A stretch of 64,000 nucleotides of DNA from Bigelowiella natans CCMP2755. Its lineage: Eukaryota; Protista; Cercozoa. Below are positions 14,301 to 28,079 of this stretch, one piece after another (position 1 is the stretch's first letter; each line of letters opens with the position of its first letter). The stretch covers positions 124,001 through 188,000 of the forward strand of contig ADNK01003025.1 in NCBI GenBank assembly GCA_000320545.1, given 5' to 3'. A program made the position numbers and the translations under genes. A model generated the notes under the pieces. It ran no database searches. It was not told the origin of the DNA and saw only the letters and a program-made list of their open reading frames with translations.

Positions 14301-17300
14301 CTGGATCAGCGACAATCACATTGTCTGCTCTGTTCCATTGGCTAAGCCACGAAACAGGCACAACTACAGCGTGTCGGTGACAGCCAACGGCTTAGACTCC
14401 GACTTGGCCACATCATTTAACTACAAGACTCCATATGTTGTGTCGACAGTCAATCGAACGGCAGGCTCTCCTTCCGGACTAGACACGGTAATCGTGAACG
14501 GAATTCCACCTGGAGCGCCTACGTACTGCCGATTCGGCTCATACATTGTCGAAGGTGTGTTCCTCGACCACGATACGTTCTCATGTGTCACGCCAACTCA
14601 CAACATGAGTTCGAACGGCAACCTCACGTTCGCAATTCAAAGGGATGGAGTTGACGTGTATGTAAGCACATATGACTACATCAAAGACTACATTCCATTC
14701 ATGGTTCATGGAGAAGTCGAGAAGAAGCCAAAAGCACAGAGTCCTGCTTCCCAGACGGGAGGAAAAGTAAGTCTATGCAGCAATCTTCCACAAGATGCAG
14801 GAACCTGGATCTGGAACAACTTCACCGTTGCTCTGTGCTTCCAAGTTTCCTCAGCTTCAGGATTTGAGCTGCCTGCTGCGACTCATCTTCTCACCTCGCC
14901 AGCAAAGGGACCTACAGTAACATTCTCCCATAGAAGAGTTGTGTTGCTTCGACCAGAACCAACAAGAATGCTATGGGGCACCATGCCAATGGACTTCCTA
15001 TTGATTGGTAGACATTTTGCGTCCACGATGTCTTGCTACATTAATGGTCTGCAAATGCCTACACAAGTCATTAACGCTACCCATATGCATTGCACAGTCA
15101 ACCTCTTCTTCCCTGGAGACTTGACCGTAAAGATAAGTGATGGTTTCTTTGAGACCAATGACGTTCAGGTGACCGTCGTTCATCCAGCGCCAGCTGAATC
15201 CACGTCGAAGTTCATGGACACTCCATCAGGAAAGATCATTGTATCCTTCACTGGAACCAACATGGACCAAATCACTGATTGCGTTGTAGGAGGAGCTACA
15301 TCTGGCTTCACCAACACTTCATGCGATATGGACGCAACATCCTACGGGGTGGCTGTTATTCGTCTCCGTGCAGGTGCAGAGGACAACCTTCTACTTCCAC
15401 GCGAACACTTCTACTCGCACGTGTCTGCTCCATCTGTATCCAGTATTGCGATCTCAGGAGGAATTGCGATTCTGAAAGGAAGCAACTTCCTGAATGTCGG
15501 AAAGCTGGCATGCTTGATAAGTGCAGATTACAATGCTCTGAAGGTAGACGTAATGTCTCCGGGAGTATGGAAGTCGTCTACAGAAATCATGTGTGCACTA
15601 CCGCGATGGAACTTGCCAGCATTGAAATATAGGATCTCTGTGACAAATGACGCAATGCGCTACTCAACAGTTCAACCTACAACAGTGAGAACTATTGGAA
15701 GGGTTCAAAGCATTGTGGCAAAGAACCTCGTTTCACCAGTTGACAACTCCATTAGCACAACTATTTTGATCTCAGGCCTAAATCTCGCAAACGATATCAC
15801 TCTTGAGGTCAAGGATATTAGAGATCAGTACTTCTATGTCTCATGCAAAGAGTACAATACCAGCGTGATCTCTTGTCCGGTGCCTTTCAAGTTGGAAAAG
15901 AGCATCCAAATTAGACTGAGAAACGGCCAAGACTCTATGTCTACTGTACACAAAATAGAGATTGAGTCTCCGGTCACCCTAACAAGGGCCGAGAAGATGG
16001 ATCTTCTTGCAACGAGTGATGAGTCATTCATTCTTCATGGATTTGGCTTTAGCACTCTCAAGAAGGTTGAGTTCTCCAGCAATTTGATCGAGGTTGCTGC
16101 TGTCCTAAACGATACGGCTCTACTCTGCCGCCCAACCGGGCTTGGATCTGGAACTGCTTCTTTGAATATTAAGGGAGCGATTACCAGCGACCTAACAATA
16201 GAGCTACTCGACAAGATGAGTATGGTAAGCTTGAGTCCTGTCAGAGGAACTATCCATGGCAGAACTATGCTTTCCATCACTGTAAGCTCCGCGGTAAGGA
16301 GAGAAGGTCTCAGGTGCAAATACAGTCACAACATGACTTCATATAAGACCTTCTACAGTGCAGCTGTCTACAAGGATGCAACAACCATTCTTTGTCTGAC
16401 GCCGCCTCTCGGGGTTATCAGCACAGAGGAACAGACTGTATCTGTGAGCATCATTACGCCTACGACCGGTCTCTCCCTGAACAGCCTGACATTCACATAC
16501 ACTCCAGATAGGTACACGCCTATTGTTCCACCAATTGTCGTGGAAGGAGTGACGCAGCCTATGCGTGCATGGGCGTCAGGAAATACATCTCTAACAGTGA
16601 GGTTCTCCAAACTCCCACTTGATTCCGGATTAAGATGCAGATTCGGAAGCGTTTCGTCACTTCTTGTACGTACGGGAATGTTCGAGATGGTTTGCAGGAG
16701 CCCACCACTTGCTTCGGGTGATCATGTGTTCCAAGTTGTCGACAATAGCCAAGGTGTTCTTTTCGAAGACATCTTCGTGGTCGATGATGACATCATCTTC
16801 AAGCAAATGCAGCTCAAACGTATTCAGCTACCAACCAACCAGGAGCGATTCGAAACTGTATTGCTCTCAGTTGTGAAGGCGCCGAATACGGAGAACCTGG
16901 CTTGCTTGTTCTCGGATGGCTCTAAAATGGTCGCTACTTGGTACAGCGAGGACATGGTTGGATGTCAAGTACCTTCAGACATTTCGAAGAGGATGTCGAA
17001 AACTCTTGCATTCGAACACAATATCACGCTCATAGCTAATGGACGTGACTATTCGTCCGCTTCCTACGAGCTTCGCTACATATACTCGCGCGCCAGCATG
17101 ATGTCGCTCACCACGCCAATCAGGCCGTACCAGAAGAACACTATTTTCGTTCAAACCACTGACAAATTCCTTGCCGATCTCGCATATTTCTGCGTGGTGA
17201 ACGGCGTCTCAGTGGATGCCAGTTACGTCAATGATACCCAGATTCAATGTACTATCCCACCACAGCAGCCTGGAATTACGTTTGTAAGCCTTGCGTATGC

Positions 17301-20300
17301 CGTGCCTGGAATGTCAGCGAAACCTCTTGGAGGTGAATTGGGTATTGATGTTCCTGAAATGGCAGTAGTGACTTCCATCTACCCCGTGTATGGATCCTCT
17401 TTGGGAGGAACCTTGGTGCAAATCAAGGGAGAACACTTCAAGAACGATCCAAACATGTTATATTGTATGTTCGGAGACAACCAAGTAACTGCAACCTTCG
17501 TTAGCGAGACTCATATGACTTGTCTATCTCCAGCGAATGTTGCTACTTCAGTTGAGGTTGAAGTGTACGAAGGTATAGGTGACAGCATCACTCGCAACGG
17601 ATTCAGATTCAATTACATCCCAGAACTGTCGATTGAAACAGCGACTACAGCTGTGGCAATGCACGGCGATAAGGATGTATACGTCAAGGGAACAAACTTC
17701 TACAACAGCAAGCACTTGCAATGCAACTATGGCGGAGAGAAACACGACGCCCTGTACGTCAGCTCGCAGCTCATCCAGTGTCTCATCAGAAACACTGTAG
17801 CACCGTCTAAGAATGGTGTAATGCAGGTAGCAAATGACAATACCACATTCAGAGGAGAGCATCGTGTCAACATATACCGCCAGCCTTTCGTTCACGGAAT
17901 TACTCCAGTCCGAGGATACATGCAAGGTGGTGACAGTGTTGATGTGCACGGAGTTTACTTCCCAGCAGCAAATACTACCTACTGTCAGTTTGGACAGGCT
18001 ATCACACAAGCCATATTCGCGAACTCCACGATGGTGACTTGTATGTCGCCAACCATTGAGAATGCGGTGTCGCTTGACTTCGACTGCTACATGGATAACC
18101 AGTTCTATCCAGTACAGTACTGCCAGACGAACCAATCAGCTTCTGTGGTGCCGGTAACACTTATCTTCGACGACAAGCGTTATATTCCAGAGGTGCGATA
18201 CTTCCAGTACGTACCAACGCCTGAAGTCTACGAGACTATTCCTGCTCATGGTCCAGAGAGTGGCGCAATGGCAGTCACCGTTAAGGGCAAGTACCTCACC
18301 GATACCACGCTTTGCGTGTTCGGAGATGTACTTGTGGCATCGGAATACAAAAGCTCCAAGGAGATAGTATGCCATGCTCCGCCAGCCTCTGCTCAGAAGG
18401 TCATCTTCAAGGTCCGAAACTTCGAAGGCGTCTTCTCTGCGGGACACGTGAAATACACATATGATCACGAAACTGTGGTCGCAAATGTTAGTGTTGCTGT
18501 GGGTCCACAATCTGGCGGAGTGGACGTGTTCGTTGGAGGCTCTAACTTCAAAAACACTGATACAGTGAAGTGCAAGTTCAACGATACGATTGTGAACGGA
18601 GTTTGGTTATCCGCTTCCCGTGTTCAGTGTATGGCTCCACCTCATAAGCGTGGAACTGTCAGGATTCGAGTAAGCAACAACGGATTCGACTTCTCAACGA
18701 CCTATGCTGAGTTCACATACGAGGTATTCAATGGTATATACCTAGGCAATATCCACCAATATGTGGGATCAGAGCACCAGTCAACGAACATCACAGTCAG
18801 TGGTTCAGGATTCAGGCCTGGGCTGTCTTGCATGATCAATCACCGTATGGTGCCTGCACATGTAATCAGCCAGACCTTGTTGTACTGCAACATCCCACCA
18901 GCTCAAGAACGCATGGTGTACAAACCCACCGAAATCCGCTTAGTAATGTCGAGTGGAGCAGTGTGGGACATGACACCAAATGCACTTCCATTCAGCCAGA
19001 AGGAACCAACAATCTACTTCTCAGATCCTCTCGCTGTCACACCATTCGCTCAGGTTTCTCTAACCCTCCATGGAAAGGATTTCAAAAAGCCACAATTTGG
19101 TCTCAAATGTGGCTTCAGCGAGTTCAACTCTATGGATCCTAGAGCGGTCACAGATGCAGAATATATCTCTGCCAACGTTGTTAAATGTAAGACTCCTTTG
19201 CAGTCGGTGTTCCAGTCAGCTGGGGTGGACAACTCCAGTGTTGTGGTGCGCTTGCTTTACAATGACGTGCAATACACTACCAGCTTCACAACTGTCAGAT
19301 ATATTGCGCAACCAAGTGTGACATCTATTACGAAGAACTTCGGAGTCAATGAGACGTTGAACATCATTGGATCTGGCTTCACAAACATTGACAGCTTAAG
19401 CTGTAAGGTTGGTGATAAGGTAATCCCAGCGATTTGGAAATCTGAGAGCGAGTTGATCTGCCACACCGGACGACAAACTCCAGGTGTAAGAACCGTTGAA
19501 GTGCGCAACGAGAAGCAAGTATTCTCTAACGCAGGATTGACCTACACCTCTATCAGAGATGTCCATCTTTACGGTATCCATCCTGCGCATGGTCCAATTG
19601 AAGGTGGAACAGCCGTCACGATTTTCGGAAGACATTTCACGACGGATACTAAGTGTAAGTTTGGACACAAGACTGCTCTATCGACGGTGTTCTACTCGAG
19701 TACCAAGATTGTGTGCACAACTCCCGCACATAATGCAGCCTTCGTGGATGTTTGGATGTCTCACAACCATCTCAACTCCAGTAACTCGCTTCCATTCCAG
19801 TTCGAACAGGCATCGATGATTGCCAGTGTCACTCCAAGCCTCGTGTATGCGAAGCAGAACACTACCATCGTGATCAGAGGTCAGAACTTCGTCAAGAATG
19901 TGACTACAAAGAGAGGGGTGCTGCAGCACATGAATGGCAACATATTCCTGGACGTCAAGTTCGGCTCCACTGCAATTGTGAGGCCGTTCTATGTGAACGA
20001 GAATATGCTTGTGTTGCAAACACCTAACATTCCACCTGGAGATTATCAGCTCCAGATTGGTCCAAACAACTACCTGGGCAACAGTATCAAGTTCACTGTC
20101 AAGGCTATGCCAGAAGTGTACTCGAGCTGGCCATTAATGACAACTTCAGATGTCGTCCTCTCGAAGACAAGCTTCTTCGAGATTTACGGAAAGAATTTCG
20201 AGAAAACTGTCAACATGTTCTGCACCTACAACGGTAAGATCCGGCGTCCTGCGTATACAGTGAACAGCACCGTTATTCGATGCTTCCCACCAAACACGCC

Positions 20301-23300
20301 ATTCAAGGACGAAACTGTAGATATTGGCATCATGCTTGACGACAGAACATATCGAAGAATTCCTCCAAGCATCGGCAGCACGGCTGTGTACTACCACCGC
20401 CAAACTCAGCTTTATGAGATGGTGCCAAGCTCCGGACTTGGACGTACGAAGACAGCTCTGATGATCAGAGGAGCAGGATTCAGAAATTCAACGGACATGT
20501 TCTGCCGATTCTCGAATGAGATTTATGTCGTGCCTTACTTCATTTCGAAAACAATGATCATCTGTATGCTCCCAGAGAAGACTGCATTTGCACATCTCAG
20601 AGACTCAGACATTGTAAGTGTGCAAGTCACGGTTAACAAACATGACTACAGTGAGGTTGTCTACTTCACTTTCGAAAAGGATTGCCCTGTCGGACAATTC
20701 TGCTCCGAGGAGCATCATGTATATGATTGCCCAGCGGGAGCTCAGTGTAACAGCTTCAGGTTCGGGTCCAGATTCGACAGCTACGATCTGTGCCCAGAAG
20801 GTACTTACCAACCTGTCCCAGGCCAATCCCACTGCAAGCCATGCCCATCGCCGTTCTACTGTCCTAACAAGGGTCTCAAGATGCCAATCACTTGCCCAGA
20901 AGGATATGTGTGCGGAGTTGACGGCAGGATATTGCCTATCGAAGAGCCTTGCCGACCCGGACACTACTGTGGTCCGGAAACCGCTCTTTCGGTTCAATCG
21001 GAGCCCTGGCTCTGGAGGAACGTCACGGATCACCTTCCAAGACAGGGCTCTGCAAGAGCTTTACAAAGCGTCTCGCAGCTCTCCTCCAAGATATCATACA
21101 TGTGTCCAAATGGAACTTACTGCCGAGGTGGAGCGACTGGAAATCGTTCAGATATCCTGCAAGACACCAGGTGGCAAACTCCTCAGCCATGTATGTCTGG
21201 CTACCTATGCTACGCGGCTTCGAACGGAAGCATGGGATTCAACGCCTGCCCAGAGGGTTATTACTGCGTCAACAACGAGAGATTCCTTTGCTCCAAGGGC
21301 CACTACTGCCCTATGGCAACTACCAAGCAGATCCCTTGCCCAGTACGCACATTCAACAATATGACTGGACAGCCAAGTTGCTTCGATTGTCCAGCTGGAT
21401 TTATTTGCAATCGAGCTGCACTGAAGAAACCTGTTGTGTGCCCTCGTGGATGGGTATGTGATCGAGAGAGACTCATCGTTCCATACTATAGATGTCCTCC
21501 AGGTTACTATTGCCTACCAGGAACCAAAACTCTCAACACTACCAAGTATGAGGAGCCAAACCGTCCGCAGATTTGCTCGAATGGAACTTTCTGCATGGCT
21601 GGTGTTGGATATCCTAACACTTGGTTCGATGGGCGGGAAGGTCCAGCAAACTCCATGATGTGCAAGACTGATGACGTGCACTGGGAAGTTTGCGGTTGGA
21701 ACAGGACTGAGGTCAAGGGTAACTGGCAGCATCCACAGCGTTGTATTCCGGGTACATATTGCCAACAAGGTTCTAACCAAACCTCGGGGCATGGCCACTG
21801 TCCAGTAGGATATTATTGTCCTGCTGGAGTATCGGCACCAAAGATTGCTTGGTTCGGATACAAGGCGAAGGACATCAATATGATTCAGCAGGAGGCTTGC
21901 TCTCCTGGACAGTACCAAGACCATCAAGGACAAACTACTTGCCTGGATTGCCCGGCTGGATACCAGTGCGGTCAGTTTGCAGGATTTATTCCTAACCTAT
22001 GCCCACGCGGAACGTACAGAGGACTCAACAACAGCATCATGTGTAAGATGTGTCCAGCTGGAAAATGGACTCCATTCCGTGGTGTAACGGACTACTACCA
22101 ATGCATGCCTTGTCCTGACGGCGAAGTGTGCGGAAATCCAGGCCAGGGTTCGGTCAACGTTTCACAAAACTGTGTCCAAGGTTACTACTGTGGTGAGTCC
22201 ACTGACACAAATAGTCAGTTCATGTACAAGTGCGCTGCCGGGTATACCTGCCCAGATGCAACTGCACCTCACCAACGCAATGATAACCCTTGTCCCGGTG
22301 GGTACACATGTCCTGAGGGATCCGGTTACGGTAATAGGCACAGGTTCGCTTGTCCTATTGGCCACTACTGCCCAAGAGGGTCATACATCTACAACTCAAC
22401 GGAAGAGGCTAGTGAATATTACATCAATGTGACTTGCCGTCCAGATGATCTGCCGCATCCTGATGATTCGAAGGAGCCATGCGGCACTTGGCTGGAGATT
22501 ACGAAGCTACCACCGAGGCTAACACGGCAAGAGGTAAGAAGGCAGAGCAGATGCCCTCGAGGTACTACAAGCGAAGCCAGGTCGAAGTTCTTAACTGATT
22601 GTACCCCATCGGTCAAGGGAGCCATTCTATTCAGAATGAATCCGGTCAACAACTCTTTCAGCTACCAAAATCTTACCCAAAGGGAGGAGGAGCAGATCAC
22701 TGCCGCAACCTATGATATTCTTCCTCTGGATTACATCAAGATTTCGATGTCATACTACCATGTTCCACATACAACTGTGTATGGACAGCACTGGCAGCAT
22801 AGCATCTACCTTGATGGCTACGGTGCCGTTGAATTGCCAGACCAGATTGCGACGAGGACTGATGTGTCGAAGAACGACTACCAGACCCTACACATCCTCT
22901 CATACGCGTAAGTCTTTGTCCTTATTTTAATAATGTTAATGCATTTCATATGAGAGTCTTATTTATTATGATAACCCTCAGGCAAACAAAGATCAACTAT
23001 TCCGTTGAAATTATTCATGGACGTTACTATGAGGACGCAAACTTATTCGAAGGCATGGCGAATGTGACAAACGTCTACCCAAATCGGGCAGAATTCGGTA
23101 CAAGGAAGGCGTTTATGGCTTACTATAATGCTCCTTCAAGGCGTATTGCTTTCCCTAAAAACCTGCCAATGAAGCCAAATCCTGGAGTCGTAATAACGTA
23201 AGTTTTGATTCACAAAAAATCCTAGTAAGTTAATCTCACAATATGTGTTTTTCTTTTAGCGAAACATCCACGAACAAGACGAAGGTCGACAACTTCTACA

Positions 23301-26300
23301 AGGAGGATATTACGGTGAATCCTGAGGATTTCCCAAGCTCGAAAATGGTGCTGCCATATTTCCCATATTTCTCCAAGTGCAAGGGTTACGACAACACTCT
23401 ACCGATCTTCGCGATTCTCGAAGACGAGAAGTACTGCGACCTGATCGAACCAAGATACACACGGCCTATCGAAGACTTCACCATCTTGCGAGAGGTCGTT
23501 GGAGACGAATGTCACGCAAAGATCGACTGTTTGTATGATGAAGATCTCGGATCGGCGGAAGCGCTGCCACGATGGTTCGAAGCACAAGCAGCAACTGAGA
23601 TCTTGTTCTACTTGCCTCCCTTCGGTATCGACTCTGATGATATGAGTGACTCTGCGCTCAAAGCTCAAGTTGACCCAGATACACTGGTGCCAGTTAGAGT
23701 CAGCAAGGAGGCGAAGAACTTTGCAGGCATTCCAAGACAGGTCATCTTGACCATCAATTACTGGCAGATGGACGAGTCAGTAAAGAAAATTATCAAGGCG
23801 GAATTAAGTTTCGACGACTATGACAGCCTTGAAACCGTGGATGACTACAAATTGAACATCAAGCTGGAGCCGTTCACTTATGTTGACCTCGTAAACAATG
23901 CAGCGTTCGAGATTCATGTGTACGTGGGATTGTTTATGTTGATGTCCCTATTAAACTGCGGCTTCATCGTGATGTTCTGGTTCTTCCACCGCATCTTCAC
24001 CCGTCTGAAGTTCCCTCCTGCGTTGAGAATCTGGAAGTACATGAGGGTACTTATACCAACTGCCACCTACGGATGGCTTTTGGCTGTACCATCTCTTTCT
24101 ATTGTTATGCTTACTGCATACAGTATGTTCATTGAGATGAACTTCGTGTTCTTCTCCGATTTCATCAAGAACACTCCTGCATCTAGTTTCTACAGCATCA
24201 TTCCTTCTGACGAGGACCTTATACTTTCGTGGCAGTATGGCCGTGCCGGTGTCGGATTCCTAATCATTGGAATCTTCATCATCATGGAAGGTGCACAGAT
24301 GCTGATCAGGAAGAAACATTACACCCATGCCCCAGCTGGCGATCTTAACCCAAAGGTTGGTCAGTGGGTGCCTGGAGAATGGAGACGTGGATTCTTTGTC
24401 CTCGTGTCTGTTTTCACAGCTCTAGGATGTGCGACAATAATTGTATGTTCCTACTCGCTCAAATTCCGTGCGAGTCTGTTCGAATTTGTAATTGCTATCA
24501 AGCTCTTCAGTTACGCAGTTGAAGGATTCTTGTTAGAAGTCACCCAGGATGCACTCATCATTACACCATTGTCGCTAACGTTGGTCTTGATGCAATTCAT
24601 GATCTGCATGGCTGGAGAGACCTTCCTCGAGTTCGTAGGAGCGTTTTATCTCCAATTCTTCGTGTCTGTGATGGCTGGAGTCCACCTTACCGATCTGACT
24701 AATTCTTTGAGGCAGAGAGCAAGGAAATTCGTCAGATGGGTCAAATTCTCTCTCAACATTGAAGAACCCGACTCTGCAAAAGATATCATGGAAGAAATGG
24801 CCAATGCAACGAGTCTCGAGCCTCTTGTCTGGATTATGCAAAGCTACGCGATGTCCTTCCTGGTCCTCGTGTCTGCACCGATGATGCTGATCTTCATCTC
24901 TTACTACAACCAAGTTCTTCGAATTGACAAATTCTACGAAATTGACGAAAGAAATGAGTGGATGTATCTGCTCTTCATCGGAATGGTTATCTTGCCACAC
25001 GTTGTGCTCGATATCATCTTGCTCAACGTGCAGGAATTATTCCATGGCCACCGCGTCTACGAATACATTTCATATACCAAGTTCAGATTCAATACCCGAC
25101 GTGTCCGATGGCAGCTGTTCGCAGATGCTATGGACAGGGGTGTTGCACGACAGTTCAGAGCTCTGGACCTCGTGGCTTTCTCATCCCAGTTCTACTTTGC
25201 TACCCTTGTCCACGCGATCGGAGTATTCTCCTTCGTGATGGGATTAGTGATTGTTGTTGCCCAGGATTTCAACCCATTCGGAGACCCTGTGCTCCCACTC
25301 ATCGTCGCACTGCTCTGGGCTGTGTGTACGTTTGTGAAGTTCGGAACTCTCAGACTTGGAAACATCCTGAATATCTGGCAAGTACCACTCGTGCGCAAGC
25401 GCGACATGGTTCATGTGCGACAGAATGATCCTACCGTGCCAGTGTGGGACAAGAAGTACAAAGCAACTGTCGATCTCACGATTGACAAGAAATATATCAC
25501 TAACGAAGTTGTACAGATGGAGCATTTCAGGCACTCATTCGTCAAGCATAATCGTCCTTGGATTGTACAACAATTGAAGGATCTCTTAAGACACGACATT
25601 CTACTCAGACACAGGACTGTGTATAAGAATGTACTCGAGTTCATGAGTAAAATGCTGATGATGGATGATCCTGGGAGCTCAGATTCTGATGATACTGAAT
25701 ACGAAGTGAATCTATTTGGTATATCGAAGGATATCGCTATGATGTGGATCATTCAAGCGAGACGACGAGTCTACTTGAGGAAGCTTGCAAAACCAGTGAT
25801 CGATTCGATGCTGGCACCAAACTGTGTGATGTGTGGAGCACGAAATCGTACTCTACGCGTCTGGTTTGCACAGCCAGTAACGAAAATTATCAACATTTAC
25901 GAGATGGCGAACATGAAGAAGGTTCTCGTCAAAGAGCACTGGCAGGCTTACTTGCGAAACACCTCTGTTACGCATCACACGCTATGTCTCAGTTGCTCGA
26001 GAAAAGCAGACCAAATTCGCTTGTTCGTCGTCAACAAGACCGCTGTCAGGATTGCAGAAGCGTGGGTTTCCATTCTACGCAACAAGAAGGCAGAGCAAAA
26101 GCGCCGACGCGCTCGGGATGGAGCTGCGCAAATGGAAGTCTCCTCGGACTCAGAGTCTTCGGACCCAGAAGGAAAGCAAGACGGAGTGCCAAAGCTTATC
26201 CATATGCACACCAAAGCTATCTTGGATGCTTGGCACAAAATTGTCACCGATGCACCTATCGAGGAGGATAAAACTTCCACTGATGATGAAAGCTCTTCTG

Positions 26301-26317
26301 ACTACGATGTTCAGTGA
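1..26317 (+). CDS. Giant multi-domain membrane protein (>8,700 aa, 5' end outside the window): beta-rich repeats, NHL repeats, IPT/TIG array, Cys-rich GCC2/GCC3-like repeats, multipass TM region. Exons <1-22907, 22982-23197, 23260-26317
   Basis: Frame +1 is open from base 1 through the 7622-aa ORF. Two phase-2 GTAAGT...AG introns (22908-22981, 23198-23259) join the 22950 and 23243 ORFs in frame (GC|G, AC|C). Spliced length is 26181 nt = 8727 codons. Domain motifs were read directly from the translation. Confidence 0.93.
2716..3710 (+). other. NHL-repeat beta-propeller (about 6 repeats)
   Basis: Repeated motifs F..P.G.AV...(L/V)(Y/F)VAD..N..IR, e.g. PKGLVATSPTTLYVADTLNHCIRK and PTGVAVNGTDVFVADSENNVIRL. 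Confidence 0.9.
3720..20675 (+). other. Tandem array of IPT/TIG (Ig-like) domains, about 55-60 copies (estimated from length)
   Basis: Recurrent ~95-aa units of the form P..G...GGT.V.I.G.NF.....C.FG...V.A......C.P....V.VS.NG.DF.....F.Y. Confidence 0.92.
20680..22610 (+). other. Cys-rich GCC2/GCC3 (ephrin-receptor-like) repeats
   Basis: Repeated CP.G.YC and C..CP.G..C motifs, e.g. CPEGTYQPVPGQSHCKPCPSPFYC and CSPGQYQDHQGQTTCLDCPAGYQC. Confidence 0.88.
22908..22981 (+). other. Spliceosomal intron (74 nt)
   Basis: GTAAGT donor, AT-rich body, CAG acceptor; removal restores the frame. Confidence 0.9.
23198..23259 (+). other. Spliceosomal intron (62 nt)
   Basis: GTAAGT donor, polypyrimidine tract plus TAG acceptor; removal restores the frame. 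Confidence 0.9.
23918..25355 (+). other. Multipass transmembrane region (about 11 hydrophobic segments) of the giant protein
   Basis: Hydrophobic stretches counted by eye from VYVGLFMLMSLLNCGFIVMFWFF to PVLPLIVALLWAVCTFVKF. Confidence 0.75.
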
Positions 26318-26340
26318 AAGGATAGAATTTTAAAAGTAGC

Positions 26341-26570
26341 GACGTTCTCGGAGCATATCTCCTTGTAGATTTCCGCTACTGAAAGGACTATCCAATAGCA
26401 AGAGGTGGAGTGTTAGATTTTGACATTTAGTTTCTCGCAGATTTTCCGCCAAAAGGTGATGTTCTCGAAACGATGTTTTATCTTATCGTACCTTCCAAGT
26501 TATTGCTTCAACTACAGGAAAATCCACACAATGACGATGTTCTCGGAGCATTTCTCCTTGCAGATTTCCG
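26341..26570 (+). repeat. 35-bp direct repeat pair in the 3' flank of the giant gene
   Basis: GACGTTCTCGGAGCATATCTCCTTGTAGATTTCCG (26341-26375) versus GATGTTCTCGGAGCATTTCTCCTTGCAGATTTCCG (26536-26570), 3 mismatches; partial copies lie between them. Confidence 0.8.
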
Positions 26571-27239
26571 TCATTAGACCCAGTAACGATCATATTTAAA
26601 TATTTATTTCATTTAATATACTATTATGGGAACATCGACGTAACCCTGGAATTACCGTCTGGAACGGTGCGTCAAAATTCTTAACACAATTTAGTAATTA
26701 TCAACAATCTTAACTATCACACTACCCAATCAACCAACGCCCTGCGTCACTTGTGGCGTCATCCCAAGAAAAAAGTTGAATTATGCGACGTGTGGGAAGC
26801 GTGGAACAGGATGGTGGGATCTCCGCGGCACGGAATCCGTGGTTCTTACCATTGAAGTTGTGACACAAGCCCCCCCGCGCACTCAACTACACAATCACGA
26901 CTCAATTATTTTTCGAGAGACGGCAAGAGCATCTGCACACTATCTTCATTTTTCCAAAGTTGCTGCGATGCGAGCGATCACTTCAATTTACATGTGAATC
27001 TGCCGTGAAATGTAAAAAATATCCTAACATGGTCAAATAAAATTTGTCATCAACAACTATCTACCATGCTCTGCAAATTACGGCAAATGTTGTCACAATG
27101 TACACATACATATCTCAAAAGAAAGCAAGCGCGATCCGCACATTGTACAGCATCGCATTGCATGTGAGAGGCGCTGTCGCGTGCCTTGCGAATTGTTGAG
27201 CCTCAGCGCATGCGCTGCACACAACACAATGAAAGAACA

Positions 27240-28030
27240 ACTAATAATGTCAGTCACATCGCATGCACACTAGCATGGCTGCGCTAGATGGCATCTTGTG
27301 CGTAGCATATGTGGTGTAATAAAGCACGGTGTGATCGGTCTAGCTAGCTAGACCACCAAGCTAGCAAGCTATAATAGCAAGCAGGCATATGTCGCACTCG
27401 ATCAGACGTGCGTTCGATTCAGTTGTATATGCACATCTAGTTATTAGACATGTGAGAGCGCGCGCATGTAAAAGCATGTCCCAGGCCACTATGCGCTAGG
27501 TGCTAGCTAGCTAGGTGAACATGTAATAAGACGGACATGCATGCAATTAATTGCAATTGAATTTGTTCAATGCTAGAATGGTCATCCTCATGTAGCTATG
27601 CAATGCAGCGGCTGCATGTGCGCATGATGCTTTCACTTTCATTATGGTGAATCTGTGATTCGCTCAGGGCGGGCAATTAACTGGTGTTGTGTAGTTGTCT
27701 CAATGCTCTACACATAGCTCTTGTGCGGTAATGACATCTAATCATGGCAGTGATGTTTCATTGTCCCCACAGGGTCTTCCTAGCTTGGGTGTTTTGTGAA
27801 TGATGACAATGTCGGGCATCGCTATCCTCTGTAGCTCAAATTCTCAGGTCATGTAACAGTCTAGTAGCCTTCGCTTGTGCAATCCTTTGTTCTTTTTAGC
27901 CACATCATGACCTACCTGTCGCACTGCCTAAGGCAAATGCGCAAGCATGCATGCATTGCACATGCAAACGTGCATGTCTTACATGCATCTGCTAAAGCTA
28001 TACTAGAGCACAACTAAACGCCTAGCGCAC
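27240..28030. other. CTAG/CATG/TGCA-rich intergenic zone 1 (between convergent genes)
   Basis: About 12 CTAG in 27241-27600 by manual count, plus runs such as TAGCTAGCTAG and GCATGCATGC. Confidence 0.75.
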
Positions 28031-28079
28031 TGCCTGATGCAAGTACGCGCTTGGTGGTCATGACCGACCACAATGATTC

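Noticed and set aside
23918-25355. Assignment as polycystin-1 because of about 11 TM segments
   Set aside because: No REJ, GPS or PLAT motifs are visible; TM count alone is not evidence of homology.
12-26333. Numerous short alternative-frame and antisense ORFs inside the giant gene
   Set aside because: These are shadow ORFs of a long coding sequence.
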